From: a virus
Lineage: Duplodnaviria; Caudoviricetes
Length of the DNA: 64,000 bases
Strand: one strand, 5' to 3'
Virus record (IMG/VR): IMGVR_UViG_3300021514_000002
Location: 1 to 64,000 of that record
The position numbers and the translations under genes are program-made. Shown here in pieces: positions 32,890-42,692 of the stretch. Numbering within the stretch: position 1 is the stretch's first letter; each line of letters begins with the position of its first letter. The notes under the pieces are model-generated. The model was not told the DNA's origin. It saw nothing but the letters and a program-made list of their open reading frames with translations, and did no database searches.

Positions 32890-33509
32890 ATACCTACCTT
32901 TTTAAGATAATGTTCATGGTGTTCAGGACTACAAAAATGTATTTTGTGTTCCACTAAAGTTTTCTTAATAAATTTGCCACAACATAAACACTTTGGATGT
33001 TTGTGTGGCTTTACAGTCGTTTCTAATAATGGAACATCAGTAGGTGCTTCATCGCCATCTTCTTCTGCAGCTTTAAATATAAGCCAATTAATAAAAAGTT
33101 CTATTGGCACATCTAATACTTCATTTTGTTTAACGCCCAACTCACCTAAATCTTTAATAAATGCTTCTAATAGATCACTTGCATTAATATGTTTGTTGAA
33201 CTCGCGTGCATTGTTACCCTTATGTGTTATTATAGCATCTTCGTCTGATATTGTAAAATTACCATCCCCATCAACATTAACAACACTACCATCTGGCAAT
33301 TTTAAACTTGAGTACGGTTTTACTTCAATATCACCTTCAAGATATTGGGTTTCACCTTGAATAACATCAGATACTGTTAATCCTGATGCCGTGCTAGTTC
33401 CCGAAGAACTAATAGTATACCACGCTGCTGTCGAAGCAGTTGTACCAATAAACGTATTATTACTGACAGTAGCATGACTTCCATTATTAATGGTAATCGC
33501 AGATGTCAT
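32886..33509 (-). CDS. Hypothetical protein with C-terminal zinc finger
   Basis: CLCCG...FCS.EH. Confidence 0.7.
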   Translation of the reverse strand: MTSAITINNGSHATVSNNTFIGTTASTAAWYTISSSGTSTASGLTVSDVIQGETQYLEGDIEVKPYSSLKLPDGSVVNVDGDGNFTISDEDAIITHKGNNAREFNKHINASDLLEAFIKDLGELGVKQNEVLDVPIELFINWLIFKAAEEDGDEAPTDVPLLETTVKPHKHPKCLCCGKFIKKTLVEHKIHFCSPEHHEHYLKKVGI

Positions 33510-33818
33510 TTATCGTATCCATTTATTTCTTAAATAGTTAGCAGCAGAAGACGTTTCCATTTTCAATGATTGATGGCTCCACACACGTTCAGTCCTATCT
33601 ATAGTGTCACCCCATTTACTATCCCATCGTTCACTTGTAACTTGACCATTTTCAATTACACGACAATGTTCATGTCCACAATACGGACAAATGATAGTAT
33701 GATTACCATCAATATCAAAATCAATAGATGCGTAAAAGGTTTTATTGCAGTCGTGACAATGCATGTCCGTACGAATAATTCCTTCTGCTTTCCCATCTTC
33801 TGATATAACTTCGGCCAT
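33510..33818 (-). CDS. Zinc-ribbon protein
   Basis: HCHDC...ICPYCGHEHC. Confidence 0.75.
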   Translation of the reverse strand: MAEVISEDGKAEGIIRTDMHCHDCNKTFYASIDFDIDGNHTIICPYCGHEHCRVIENGQVTSERWDSKWGDTIDRTERVWSHQSLKMETSSAANYLRNKWIR

Positions 33819-33819
33819 G

Positions 33820-34308
33820 TTAATTCCTCAATTCACTAACAGCTCGTTGGATCTTGTCAATGATTGCACGCCCCTTACGCCCAACCTGTTCAACACGATG
33901 CGCCCATTTATCTTCATGGAAGGTTTCTTTGCGCAGTTTCATAGATTCTGCTACGCGCTGTGCTGCATTTAATTGGTCGGCGGCTGATGCATATCTCATA
34001 CCATCTTTACCACCAGCGGCCATAATTTTATCCCATGGGAAAGGTGTCTTATCGTGGAATACCCATCCTGCATCTACTTTTGAATTTTTATTACCAAAAG
34101 AAAATGTTTCTTTAAAGCCTTTTTCTGGCATGGCATCGCGATATTCCACGATAGGTTCTTGCGCCATATCAAAAATAGAATAAATTACCTTTCCACCTTC
34201 TGTGGATTCAACGAATAGTAAACTACCATCATTGTGTTCACCCCAAACTCCCATACATAGGGTATCGCTTTTGGCGCTACCATGACCAGGTACGTCTTGT
34301 GTACTCAT
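33820..34308 (-). CDS. Hypothetical protein
   Basis: GGAG SD, intact ORF. Confidence 0.75.
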   Translation of the reverse strand: MSTQDVPGHGSAKSDTLCMGVWGEHNDGSLLFVESTEGGKVIYSIFDMAQEPIVEYRDAMPEKGFKETFSFGNKNSKVDAGWVFHDKTPFPWDKIMAAGGKDGMRYASAADQLNAAQRVAESMKLRKETFHEDKWAHRVEQVGRKGRAIIDKIQRAVSELRN

Positions 34309-34320
34309 ATTATTTTCTCC

Positions 34321-34608
34321 TTAGTAACTGTTAACAAATTGTATTTTTTTAATCTGTGGCATTTCTTTTGCCAATACTACAAGATCGATTTCAAAACCAT
34401 CTGCACAATCATGTGGACTGACATTGGTTACGAACTTATCAATATCAAATGAAACACCCGCATCATTTGGCGGTTCATTGTCAAAAAATTCCCACACTTC
34501 GCTCGGTGGATCAATGTCTGCTGCCATACAAGCATCATATATGCTTTTCATCTTTTTAAATGTTTCGTCTGGCGGTACAAAACCAATTACATATGTGCTC
34601 ATACTCAT
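34321..34608 (-). CDS. Hypothetical protein
   Basis: Intact ORF. Confidence 0.7.
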   Translation of the reverse strand: MSMSTYVIGFVPPDETFKKMKSIYDACMAADIDPPSEVWEFFDNEPPNDAGVSFDIDKFVTNVSPHDCADGFEIDLVVLAKEMPQIKKIQFVNSY

Positions 34609-34774
34609 ATTATTCTACCTTTTCGTTTTTAATTAATTTAAGTGCATGTTCAAATTCTTTGGTTTTTCTTGCCAATACTTTTTCGTAATTCTGTCTGACC
34701 AATGCAACCATGTCTATAGTCGAGTTGTATGAATGCCTTTCAATATCTTTAAGTTTTTCACGTAAGGATTTCAT

Positions 34775-35287
34775 TTAAAATTCATATTCTTCAATTGAAA
34801 TAATTTTATGCGCATATGCACCTTCAATGTTTCTAGCCACATTTGCACCCATTTTAATATTCCTTTCAAAACAATCCATAAAGTCTTCAACGTCGGTGTC
34901 ATTATCTATTTCAATAATCACATTAACCTTTATGCGTTTTTTATTTCCTTTATTTCTGCCTTGATATTGATAAGCGAGTTCATTGTTCGTTTCCCAGTAA
35001 AATATTTCCCAAAACCCATATAAACTATATCCAATATGTTTGTATAGTTCACGGATGCGTGGATCATTTTTATCGGCACCTTTCATAAACAAATCATTTA
35101 AATCTCTCGCACCGAACATGTCCATCATTTCCTGTTCTTTTTCGGGATCTGCAACCCAACGAATAGTTCCATGCTCGTTGACATAAAGTTCATGTCCAAG
35201 TTCTTCGGTTTCTAAAATTTCAGCATATTCTTCACTTATCGCTGCTGCATCTTCCCAACTGATTGGACCTGGTTTTAATTCACTCAT
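34775..35287 (-). CDS. Hypothetical protein
   Basis: AGGTG SD, intact ORF. Confidence 0.7.
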   Translation of the reverse strand: MSELKPGPISWEDAAAISEEYAEILETEELGHELYVNEHGTIRWVADPEKEQEMMDMFGARDLNDLFMKGADKNDPRIRELYKHIGYSLYGFWEIFYWETNNELAYQYQGRNKGNKKRIKVNVIIEIDNDTDVEDFMDCFERNIKMGANVARNIEGAYAHKIISIEEYEF

Positions 35288-35301
35288 TTATTTTCACCTT
35301 T

Positions 35302-35529
35302 TTAATTAAACGGAAATTCTTCGTTATAATTCTCCGACATATTGTAATCTGCTTCCACTTTGATAGTTAAATCTTTACGTGAATGTGAGGTAGGAACATT
35401 ATCAGGAAGATTAACAATAACTCTGAAAACATATTCGCTTCCAATAGAATATAAAAATTCAACGTCAACCCGTTTAGGATCAACGTTATATTGAACAGCT
35501 AACATAGATTGTATTGCACGATTTTTCAT
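35302..35529 (-). CDS. Hypothetical protein
   Basis: Intact ORF. Confidence 0.6.
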   Translation of the reverse strand: MKNRAIQSMLAVQYNVDPKRVDVEFLYSIGSEYVFRVIVNLPDNVPTSHSRKDLTIKVEADYNMSENYNEEFPFN

Positions 35530-35547
35530 TTTTCTACTTCCACCTTT

Positions 35548-35760
35548 TCATCTTTGCGACCAAAGTTCTTTCCAATGATTTCGTATATCTGCGGCATCAT
35601 CAAATTTACCTAATTTATTATATGAGATATTGTTATGCAGCTCACCTTCTTCGATCCCCATTGCAATAGCAAGATCTTCAGACATTGTTACGATCCCAAA
35701 TGCCTCGCCAAGTTCTGATAATAGAACATAAACAACTTTTGCGTGGTCACCATTATTCAT
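35548..35760 (-). CDS. Hypothetical protein
   Basis: ATGA-coupled to the RNA ligase gene. Confidence 0.6.
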   Translation of the reverse strand: MNNGDHAKVVYVLLSELGEAFGIVTMSEDLAIAMGIEEGELHNNISYNKLGKFDDAADIRNHWKELWSQR

Positions 35761-36899
35761 TCTATTTCCACTTTTTCATCTTTAAGACCTAATGATTTCC
35801 AACGCTTTTTCATAACGTCTTTATAAGAAAAATCGTTGCCAATATACTTCTGCATAACTAAACCAAATTGTAATTTGTCTAGTTCTTTCTGTCCAAGAAT
35901 CGCATAATCTTTACGTTCAAGATCTTTATTACGTTCGTAAAAACGTTCAACAGTATCTACTAAATGATTATACTTAACTTCAACAAAAGTTTCCATTTCG
36001 CTAATTAATTTAATAGCAAGCGGATCATCGTGAAATAAAGAACGCATATCATCAGTAGCTTCTTCCAATACAGCTTCATACAACCGTCGTGGACAGTTGA
36101 TTGAGTCTTTTGTGTGGTGCAAAGCTAAGTACCAAGTACATTTCTTTTTCACACGCTGACCAGATGGAAGTTCAAACACAACACCTTCAACGCCCTGCAT
36201 ATCATCAATAGAATTAATGTATGCTTCTGGATCGTCAACAGTGATGATTTTAACCCAACGGTTTAATATTTCTGGAAAGTGTTCAGCATCAATATCATAG
36301 AAGCTAATGTATTCACCTGTTTTACGGTTACGCACAGCCAATACTTTCAAATGTGCTTCCATGTAAGGCAACACAATTCGGTTGTCTGGTGCACACCATT
36401 CCATGATAACAGTACAATCCAACTTTTCAGCGTGAAGCAATTCGTTTCGGAATGTATTGTTTTCATCAAGGCGTAAGTATGCATTGGCGTTTATCGCCTG
36501 ATCAGAAGTCAAAGAACCCTTTGTCTTAACTTGAAGAACACTATCGTGTAGGTATGTACTGATCATAGAACAATCAGCCTTGTCTGCAATTTCTTTAATC
36601 GTAGACAAGTCCAAGTCCATAGTATATGGATTTTCATATAAATTAAAGAATTTCTGGGGCGGTAAAGAAGCCAGACGAACAGCCATCGGATCAAGTGGAT
36701 CGACCATTTCAAACATAATACCACGACATTCCAAAGCGCTTGGTTGCAGAAACTCAGTATAAGAGGCCAAGCGATAGTTGAAGATACGATACCAAGTATC
36801 GTTAGTTTCATCTAAATCGTGGTCACTGAAAAAGAACGCTTCACTGAAAGCAACAAGGCGCATTAAGTCTTCGTATATTTTTGTTTGATATGTGTTCAC
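35757..36899 (-). CDS. rnlA: T4 Rnl1-type RNA ligase
   Basis: FNYRLASY, ECRGIMFE, KFFNL.EN, KADCSMISTY, EGVV, KKK..WY..LH. Confidence 0.9.
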   Translation of the reverse strand: MNTYQTKIYEDLMRLVAFSEAFFFSDHDLDETNDTWYRIFNYRLASYTEFLQPSALECRGIMFEMVDPLDPMAVRLASLPPQKFFNLYENPYTMDLDLSTIKEIADKADCSMISTYLHDSVLQVKTKGSLTSDQAINANAYLRLDENNTFRNELLHAEKLDCTVIMEWCAPDNRIVLPYMEAHLKVLAVRNRKTGEYISFYDIDAEHFPEILNRWVKIITVDDPEAYINSIDDMQGVEGVVFELPSGQRVKKKCTWYLALHHTKDSINCPRRLYEAVLEEATDDMRSLFHDDPLAIKLISEMETFVEVKYNHLVDTVERFYERNKDLERKDYAILGQKELDKLQFGLVMQKYIGNDFSYKDVMKKRWKSLGLKDEKVEIE

Positions 36900-36934
36900 T
36901 ATAAATACCTACGTAAAAGTTTTTCAAGATAAAC

Positions 36935-36962
36935 ATTATAGGTTATTTTTTGATAAAGTCAA
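36935..36962 (-). promoter_or_regulatory. sigma70-like promoter with TAACCTA box
   Basis: TTGACT-N16-TATAAT. Confidence 0.65.
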
Positions 36963-36974
36963 GAGAAATCTACA

Positions 36975-37508
36975 TCAAAACTTGTTTTCAACACCAATTC
37001 TAATAAAATCTCTACCGTCATTAGGTTTATGTGATTCATCTAGGTTACAAATTTTTTGACAATTTGAAAAATGTGTTAATCCTACCAATACATTCCAATC
37101 ATCATTTATTTTGTATCCACCACCAATATTCACCTCAAATTGTCTGTGTCCTGTTAAGTATCCATTCTTTACGCGTCTACCATCTGGATTATCTAAATAT
37201 CCTATTCCAAAAGAACCTTCAACGAAAAATTTTGTTGATGTTCTTCCGCCTATATTAATTGAAATAATTTTTCCATTTTCAAAATCTTGTTTACCACTAT
37301 TCCAAGTAGTATATTTACCCATGAAATATAAGTTTTCATTAACATAATATCTAATACCAATCCCAAGTGATTGGTTGTTGGGACTAAGATCATTTGTTCC
37401 TGGTAAAGCATACGATGAACCAATGTCAATCGTATAGGTTACAGTTTCCTCAGCAGCAAATGTGGTAAAAGGAAAGATAAGCGACAAAAATAACCATATT
37501 GTTTTCAT
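36975..37508 (-). CDS. PagL-like outer-membrane beta-barrel (lipid A deacylase family)
   Basis: Signal peptide, amphipathic strands, HFSN..PNDGRDF, terminal Phe. Confidence 0.65.
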   Translation of the reverse strand: MKTIWLFLSLIFPFTTFAAEETVTYTIDIGSSYALPGTNDLSPNNQSLGIGIRYYVNENLYFMGKYTTWNSGKQDFENGKIISINIGGRTSTKFFVEGSFGIGYLDNPDGRRVKNGYLTGHRQFEVNIGGGYKINDDWNVLVGLTHFSNCQKICNLDESHKPNDGRDFIRIGVENKF

Positions 37509-37538
37509 AGTTAATATACCGTTTTTTAATTGAACTAC

Positions 37539-37567
37539 ATTATAGGTTATTTTTTTGGAGGTGTCAA
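37539..37567 (-). promoter_or_regulatory. sigma70-like promoter with TAACCTA box
   Basis: TTGACA-N17-TATAAT (full consensus). Confidence 0.8.
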
Positions 37568-37818
37568 GGATTTCTTGGTTTAAATTTATACCATAAGATG
37601 ATACTACCAATCAGAATATTGAAGGTATAATTGAGAATTAAAGGTAATAATCCTGTTGGTAGGATGTATATTAGGACAAATACTTCACCCCAAAACCATA
37701 ATCCAATGAAGCCCCATGAAATTCCATAACTATGTCCGTCTTTGTAGCTTTTCCATGCTTGAGGAGCACCACAGATTGCAAGCATGAAACCACCTAACCA
37801 ACCAATAATTTCTAACAT
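37564..37818 (-). CDS. PQ-loop / SemiSWEET-like membrane protein
   Basis: IGW.G...LAICGAPQA.K; three TM helices. Confidence 0.8.
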   Translation of the reverse strand: MLEIIGWLGGFMLAICGAPQAWKSYKDGHSYGISWGFIGLWFWGEVFVLIYILPTGLLPLILNYTFNILIGSIILWYKFKPRNP

Positions 37819-37819
37819 T

Positions 37820-38659
37820 TCACATTGATAAAAGATCATGCATTTTACGAAATCTGCCTAATCTTTCTTCTGCGATTGCGTAATATTCTGGTACTATTTC
37901 TGTACCTATAAAACTTCGGTTATTCTTTAACGCCATTTTACCTGTCGTACCACTACCAGTAAACGGGTCAAATATAACATCCCCTTCATTACTCCATGAT
38001 AGGATATGATCTTCTGCTATTTTTTCGGGAAATATCGCTGGATGTTTAAATGCGATTTTTTCTTCGGCAGATATACCACCACCTACAGGAACTGTCCATA
38101 CATTACGATTCTTTACGGGTTGGTCGAGATTAAGATCAACCCGCCGCGAATCAAAATTACCATCTTTATCACGTACGAAGCTTTTGTTCCGTGATATTCT
38201 TTTATCGTTCCATTTGTTGGTGCGTTTAACCATGATTGGGTTAAAGGTTTTTGGGGTGCCTTTGGAAAAGACGAACATATATTCAAACGCTTGAAAATAT
38301 CTAGTGTTGCCACCCGTTGGTACAGGATTTTCTTTTTGGTAAATCATGGTATCGTGTAAGTTAAACCCACAATCTTTGAAGTATAGTGCTTGTATGAAAC
38401 TATTACCAGTTTCACTACCATCAATAGTTGCATCATTTACTATCCAAACAACAACACCACCTTCTTTGGTTATGTTATATAAATTATCAACAACACGCTC
38501 GAATATGTTCCAGTCCCATTTAAGAGTATTTTCATAATTGCGGATATCGTCGTATGGAGGGGATGTTACAGTTAAGTCAATGGAACTAGGTTCCATTTTC
38601 TGCATATATTCAATGCAGTCACCTAGATGTAGTGTGAGATTTATAGCATTATTTTCCAT
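37820..38659 (-). CDS. N4-cytosine/N6-adenine DNA methyltransferase
   Basis: TSPPY, HPAIFP, DPFTGSGTT. Confidence 0.85.
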   Translation of the reverse strand: MENNAINLTLHLGDCIEYMQKMEPSSIDLTVTSPPYDDIRNYENTLKWDWNIFERVVDNLYNITKEGGVVVWIVNDATIDGSETGNSFIQALYFKDCGFNLHDTMIYQKENPVPTGGNTRYFQAFEYMFVFSKGTPKTFNPIMVKRTNKWNDKRISRNKSFVRDKDGNFDSRRVDLNLDQPVKNRNVWTVPVGGGISAEEKIAFKHPAIFPEKIAEDHILSWSNEGDVIFDPFTGSGTTGKMALKNNRSFIGTEIVPEYYAIAEERLGRFRKMHDLLSM

Positions 38660-38666
38660 AGACGGA

Positions 38667-38695
38667 AGTATACTGCTAAATTAGGTTATTGTCAA
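38667..38695 (-). promoter_or_regulatory. sigma70-like promoter with TAACCTA box
   Basis: TTGACA-N17-TATACT. Confidence 0.7.
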
Positions 38696-39247
38696 TTACA
38701 ATCTTTGTAATTTTACGTGATAAGATCGTTTGATTCCCTGATAAGAGAATCTACAAGTACAGGAACTTGGATCGCGTTCTTCAACATCCATCTCAAAAGC
38801 TTTTTCACCTGCTTGCTTTCTGATCATTTCAATGACTTCTTCCATATTTCTTGCTTCTACAGTATGTCCTTTGCCAAACCTATCGCCAATTTCTTGCACG
38901 CGGACTTTGATACGTTTTTCCATTGCTTCGCGAAAAACAGTGGAAGACATTCTCCAACTTGAATCAACACCCTTACGAGCATCAGCTAATTCACCAACTC
39001 CCGTTTGAAGCAACTCTTCGTATTGTTGCCAGCCACCTTTTTCAGCAGGTGTTGGGCGTTCAACACCAGCAATCTTGTATGCTTGGTGTACCAACTCTAA
39101 CGCATTTGACCAATCTTGTTCTTGATCAGCGGCTCCTGCTTTAATATTCTTTTTCAGTTCCTTGATGATATCTTGACCAAGGACGGACAAATCACCTTTC
39201 TTAGGATTCGCTTCTGATAGCAGGTAAATACTTTTTAAGAGATCCAT
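38696..39247 (-). CDS. Hypothetical protein
   Basis: TAATG-coupled ORF. Confidence 0.75.
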   Translation of the reverse strand: MDLLKSIYLLSEANPKKGDLSVLGQDIIKELKKNIKAGAADQEQDWSNALELVHQAYKIAGVERPTPAEKGGWQQYEELLQTGVGELADARKGVDSSWRMSSTVFREAMEKRIKVRVQEIGDRFGKGHTVEARNMEEVIEMIRKQAGEKAFEMDVEERDPSSCTCRFSYQGIKRSYHVKLQRL

Positions 39248-39525
39248 TACGATGTTCCTTTGATAAAACTGTGGTATTTTGAAATCGCAGCCTTGAGTGA
39301 TTTTTCTGCTGCATATGCTCTGTGAGTATTTGTAATATATGTAGATTTGTCATCTTTGTTAACACTTTTCCAAACAGCTGGCGTTGCTTCACCATTATGC
39401 CCATGATGCCAAACTGCGTCTGCTTTCATAACTTGTTCGCGTTCTTCATCTGATAATGGTTTTTTATTCTTTTGAAGACTCGCAAATTCGCTTGCTTCTA
39501 TTAAAAATTCTCTAAACGTACTCAT
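39247..39525 (-). CDS. Hypothetical protein
   Basis: TAATG-coupled ORF. Confidence 0.75.
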   Translation of the reverse strand: MSTFREFLIEASEFASLQKNKKPLSDEEREQVMKADAVWHHGHNGEATPAVWKSVNKDDKSTYITNTHRAYAAEKSLKAAISKYHSFIKGTS

Positions 39526-39902
39526 TAGAAACCTATCTTGATTTGTTTTAATTCGTAATAACGACCACCGTCTGCGTATCGGGTTCTATGTAATTTGAAT
39601 TGTTTAGATTGTATCATTGCATCTACAACTCTACGTATCATTCTCTTTTCATATGGGGATTTCGCGAAGAGTTTAACCGTATTGCGTTTATTTGTTTTGT
39701 ATTGTTGATAGGCTGCTACCGCATTCACTGCAGCAGCCGCAGTTAATTTCGGATTGCTTTTAATAAAGTCTGCAATCATTTTATTATTTACCGCACCGCC
39801 GCGCTTTTGCATTTGTAATTGCTTTACGGATTGGCTAATAGCTTCCATTAACGGAAGTATTTCGCTACTATATTCTTCTGCAATTTCTTGTAGTAAATCC
39901 AT
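39525..39902 (-). CDS. Hypothetical protein
   Basis: TAATG-coupled ORF. Confidence 0.7.
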   Translation of the reverse strand: MDLLQEIAEEYSSEILPLMEAISQSVKQLQMQKRGGAVNNKMIADFIKSNPKLTAAAAVNAVAAYQQYKTNKRNTVKLFAKSPYEKRMIRRVVDAMIQSKQFKLHRTRYADGGRYYELKQIKIGF

Positions 39903-39915
39903 TTTCTACGTTTCC

Positions 39916-40158
39916 TTAATTATCGAGATCTAGTTGTTCAATGTTATCTAAAAGGTATAACATACCATCGATCCATCGATCCATACTTTCTTTCTTACTT
40001 TCTGATTCCGACACCATAACTACCTGAATATCACATTTACCCTGTTCTATTATTTTAATATCACTAGTTTCACAATCTTCAAGATAACACATGTTATAAT
40101 ATTCACAGGCAGGAGCCATATCAATTTTACTTTCTACTGTAAATGGCTCGTCTATCAT
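39916..40158 (-). CDS. Hypothetical protein
   Basis: TAATG-coupled ORF. Confidence 0.6.
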   Translation of the reverse strand: MIDEPFTVESKIDMAPACEYYNMCYLEDCETSDIKIIEQGKCDIQVVMVSESESKKESMDRWIDGMLYLLDNIEQLDLDN

Positions 40159-40520
40159 TATTTAACTGGTTCTGGTTGCTTTGCTGCTTTTTTCGCTGCT
40201 ATTTTAGCTTCTATTTTTTTGCGTTCTGTTTCATATGCTTTGTTAATTTTATTATATTCATCTAACGCCTTTTGCAATTCTTCTGAGTATCCCATGAGAA
40301 CCTTGACGGTCGCTTTATAATATTTCGCAACAACCCCATCTTCTTTTACTTGCGCTTCTGTCATTTGATGAATAGGCAATTTTGGTTGTTTAATAACAGG
40401 CGGTTTAGGTGAATATAATACAGGAACTAAAGTTTCCTTTACATCCGTGGTGAATTTTATTGGGTCTGCACCACAACCTACTAATAATAACACGAATCCT
40501 GCTAAGATTATTTTTTCCAT
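40158..40520 (-). CDS. o-spanin-like lipoprotein
   Basis: LLVGC lipobox, Pro-rich segment, overlaps i-spanin-like gene. Confidence 0.65.
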   Translation of the reverse strand: MEKIILAGFVLLLVGCGADPIKFTTDVKETLVPVLYSPKPPVIKQPKLPIHQMTEAQVKEDGVVAKYYKATVKVLMGYSEELQKALDEYNKINKAYETERKKIEAKIAAKKAAKQPEPVK

Positions 40521-40951
40521 TGTAAGTCCTTCCTGCCGTCACGGAGATAGTCAATAGCCGCTTTACACGTCTTTGGTGTCTTATCTTTTAATATGTTATT
40601 AACTTCTTTATCGGTTTTAACTCTAGCATCGTCTAGGTCTTTTTGTAATATTCCAATATCGCCTTCTAGATTTTTGGTTATATCTTTCCACTTTTTAACT
40701 TCTGCATTTCTTTCATCTATTGCAGCCGTTAAGGTTTCGTTGCCAGTCTTGCATACATTTACGGCGCGAAGCGCCGCATCTAGACGTAATTCTAAACTAG
40801 GAATGGTTTCCGCACCAAACAAAAAGCGTGTTTCGTTGAAATTTTGGTACCAGATTATAAAAGCCATGCCACCAACCAATACTTCTCGCCAATTCTTTAT
40901 AAGAAAGCCCATAATTTTTTTAACATTGAAAATCAATCCAAGAAATCCCAT
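40508..40951 (-). CDS. i-spanin-like protein
   Basis: N-terminal TM, coiled coil, C-terminal Cys. Confidence 0.65.
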   Translation of the reverse strand: MGFLGLIFNVKKIMGFLIKNWREVLVGGMAFIIWYQNFNETRFLFGAETIPSLELRLDAALRAVNVCKTGNETLTAAIDERNAEVKKWKDITKNLEGDIGILQKDLDDARVKTDKEVNNILKDKTPKTCKAAIDYLRDGRKDLQWKK

Positions 40952-41163
40952 TATCTATTATTCCTCAATATACCATTAAGACTATTTATATCATTGGAGT
41001 TCTTTCTACTAGTTTCATAAGCCCTATTAGTCTTTTTAGATAGCATTATAACCGTTTGCTGTAGACCTGACACGACATTTTTTAAGATGCGTATCTGCTT
41101 GGCCTGCTCTTTGAGTTGTTTTTCTAATTTTACTGTTTCTGTAATCATGGCAGTATTTATCAC
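40951..41163 (-). CDS. Coiled-coil hypothetical protein
   Basis: TAATG-coupled ORF. Confidence 0.55.
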   Translation of the reverse strand: MINTAMITETVKLEKQLKEQAKQIRILKNVVSGLQQTVIMLSKKTNRAYETSRKNSNDINSLNGILRNNR

Positions 41164-41178
41164 TATTGATATGAAAGA

Positions 41179-41526
41179 TTACGTTATTATGTTAATATTT
41201 GATATAACTACTACCAAATATATAACATTTAGTATTCCAAATACCCATTCCATTCTTTTTGTTTGACACGCTTCTCTGAATTTCTCAATGAAAATATAAG
41301 GAATAATGAGCAAAATCCCAATAATGGCGGTTTTAAACCATAAAATTGACCAAACAGTATCTGTTTTAGCCATCAAATAGTCTAATATTGGATACGCTTC
41401 ACCATATCCATGTTGTTCAATTGCAACCCTTGTGGTTTCAAAATCAAGAATATTTAGTATAATAAGCGAGATAATTAACCATGTATTTAAGTGCCAATTA
41501 AAATTACTCTGTGTTGTTGTGTTCAT
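41179..41526 (-). CDS. DUF5658-like membrane protein
   Basis: LNILDFETT...G.GEA.P; hydrophobic helices. Confidence 0.6.
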   Translation of the reverse strand: MNTTTQSNFNWHLNTWLIISLIILNILDFETTRVAIEQHGYGEAYPILDYLMAKTDTVWSILWFKTAIIGILLIIPYIFIEKFREACQTKRMEWVFGILNVIYLVVVISNINIIT

Positions 41527-41716
41527 TTTTAACCTCTATAAATATTTTGGCAGCGTCAAATGCGGCAACTGCTACTCTTCTTGCGTGATGTCCGTTGAAT
41601 TTTTGTTCAACTATTATATTATTAGCATAAATTAATTTAGCCAATTCACTAATCTCATAAATTGCATTTACATCTTCATCTTTATTACTCATGATTTGAC
41701 GGCACCAACAATGCAT
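41504..41716 (-). CDS. Hypothetical protein (start uncertain)
   Basis: Co-oriented ORF filling the gap. Confidence 0.5.
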   Translation of the reverse strand: MHCWCRQIMSNKDEDVNAIYEISELAKLIYANNIIVEQKFNGHHARRVAVAAFDAAKIFIEVKNEHNNTE

Positions 41717-42167
41717 GGACTAGGCCAATAGCTTCATCTAAATCATTGACAATAAATGGACAGGCTTCTCGTATCATTGGATGATCGTGGATATTACCCT
41801 CTCCCATTATTAGTACCACAGGAGTATTATTTTGTGCAGCCCATGCTATTTCCATCACGGTGCCAATACTTACACTTTGTTTTCCAGTATCGTCCGCAGC
41901 AAGATCAAGTAAATTGACCAGTACCACATCTGCCCGATGACAATCAAATCTATCACGAGCGTAAATTCCACGTTGTGTAGATAATGGCCAGTTTTCATAT
42001 GTTCCTGTTAGATTATCCTGATCTTTAAGATATGGTTTTTTTCGCAACGGCGAAAGACCTTCAATCACGGGATCAAGATTATCAATTACGTATTGTCGCC
42101 AATCAGTACTTTCTTTAAAATTAAGACCTGCGATTGGCCCTGCTAAGTATATTAAATAATTTGTCAT
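41685..42167 (-). CDS. Nucleoside 2-deoxyribosyltransferase-like protein
   Basis: IYLAGPI, D..D...AD, SIGTVMEIAWA. Confidence 0.85.
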   Translation of the reverse strand: MTNYLIYLAGPIAGLNFKESTDWRQYVIDNLDPVIEGLSPLRKKPYLKDQDNLTGTYENWPLSTQRGIYARDRFDCHRADVVLVNLLDLAADDTGKQSVSIGTVMEIAWAAQNNTPVVLIMGEGNIHDHPMIREACPFIVNDLDEAIGLVHALLVPSNHE

Positions 42168-42183
42168 TCTGTAACCTATATTA

Positions 42184-42396
42184 TTATTTTTGGCAAGCTA
42201 TTAGCCAATTTGGTATTTCTTTTTTATTTCTTTGAAAATGTGCCACTAGTGCGCAAGCAGCATCGCAATATGGCGTCTTCCCATCGTCTTTTTCGCGATG
42301 CCAATACTTTGTCGCTCGGGGGTCGTACCGTTGCTCATCGTCAGTTTCTGCTAGGAATACTTCTTTACCACAGGCATTGCATTTAGTTCTTATCAT
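42184..42396 (-). CDS. Small zinc-binding hypothetical protein
   Basis: CNAC...YCDAAC. Confidence 0.6.
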   Translation of the reverse strand: MIRTKCNACGKEVFLAETDDEQRYDPRATKYWHREKDDGKTPYCDAACALVAHFQRNKKEIPNWLIACQK

Positions 42397-42692
42397 CGTT
42401 TTCTCTTTCTTTTTCGTTCACATGTATCTTTGTGCGACGAATAAAAATCAGGAGGTTGTTTACTTACCCATTTTACGAATTTTTGTATTTCTTCATGCTC
42501 CAACAGACGTTCTATCGTGTGATAATGGTGTTGCATTTCTCTTTCAGATATCGTGTGGTGTAATTTATCATGACAGACGATATGTAATGTTATTTTTTCT
42601 TTACCTTTAAAGGTAGCAGGTATCAGATGATGCTCATTGTATGAACCTTCTGGCATTGGTCTTTTACATAAGGGGCAAATTTCTTCAGTCAT
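42393..42692 (-). CDS. Small HNH-family nuclease-like protein
   Basis: CPLC, EHHLIP...G, CHDKLH. Confidence 0.75.
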   Translation of the reverse strand: MTEEICPLCKRPMPEGSYNEHHLIPATFKGKEKITLHIVCHDKLHHTISEREMQHHYHTIERLLEHEEIQKFVKWVSKQPPDFYSSHKDTCERKRKRKR

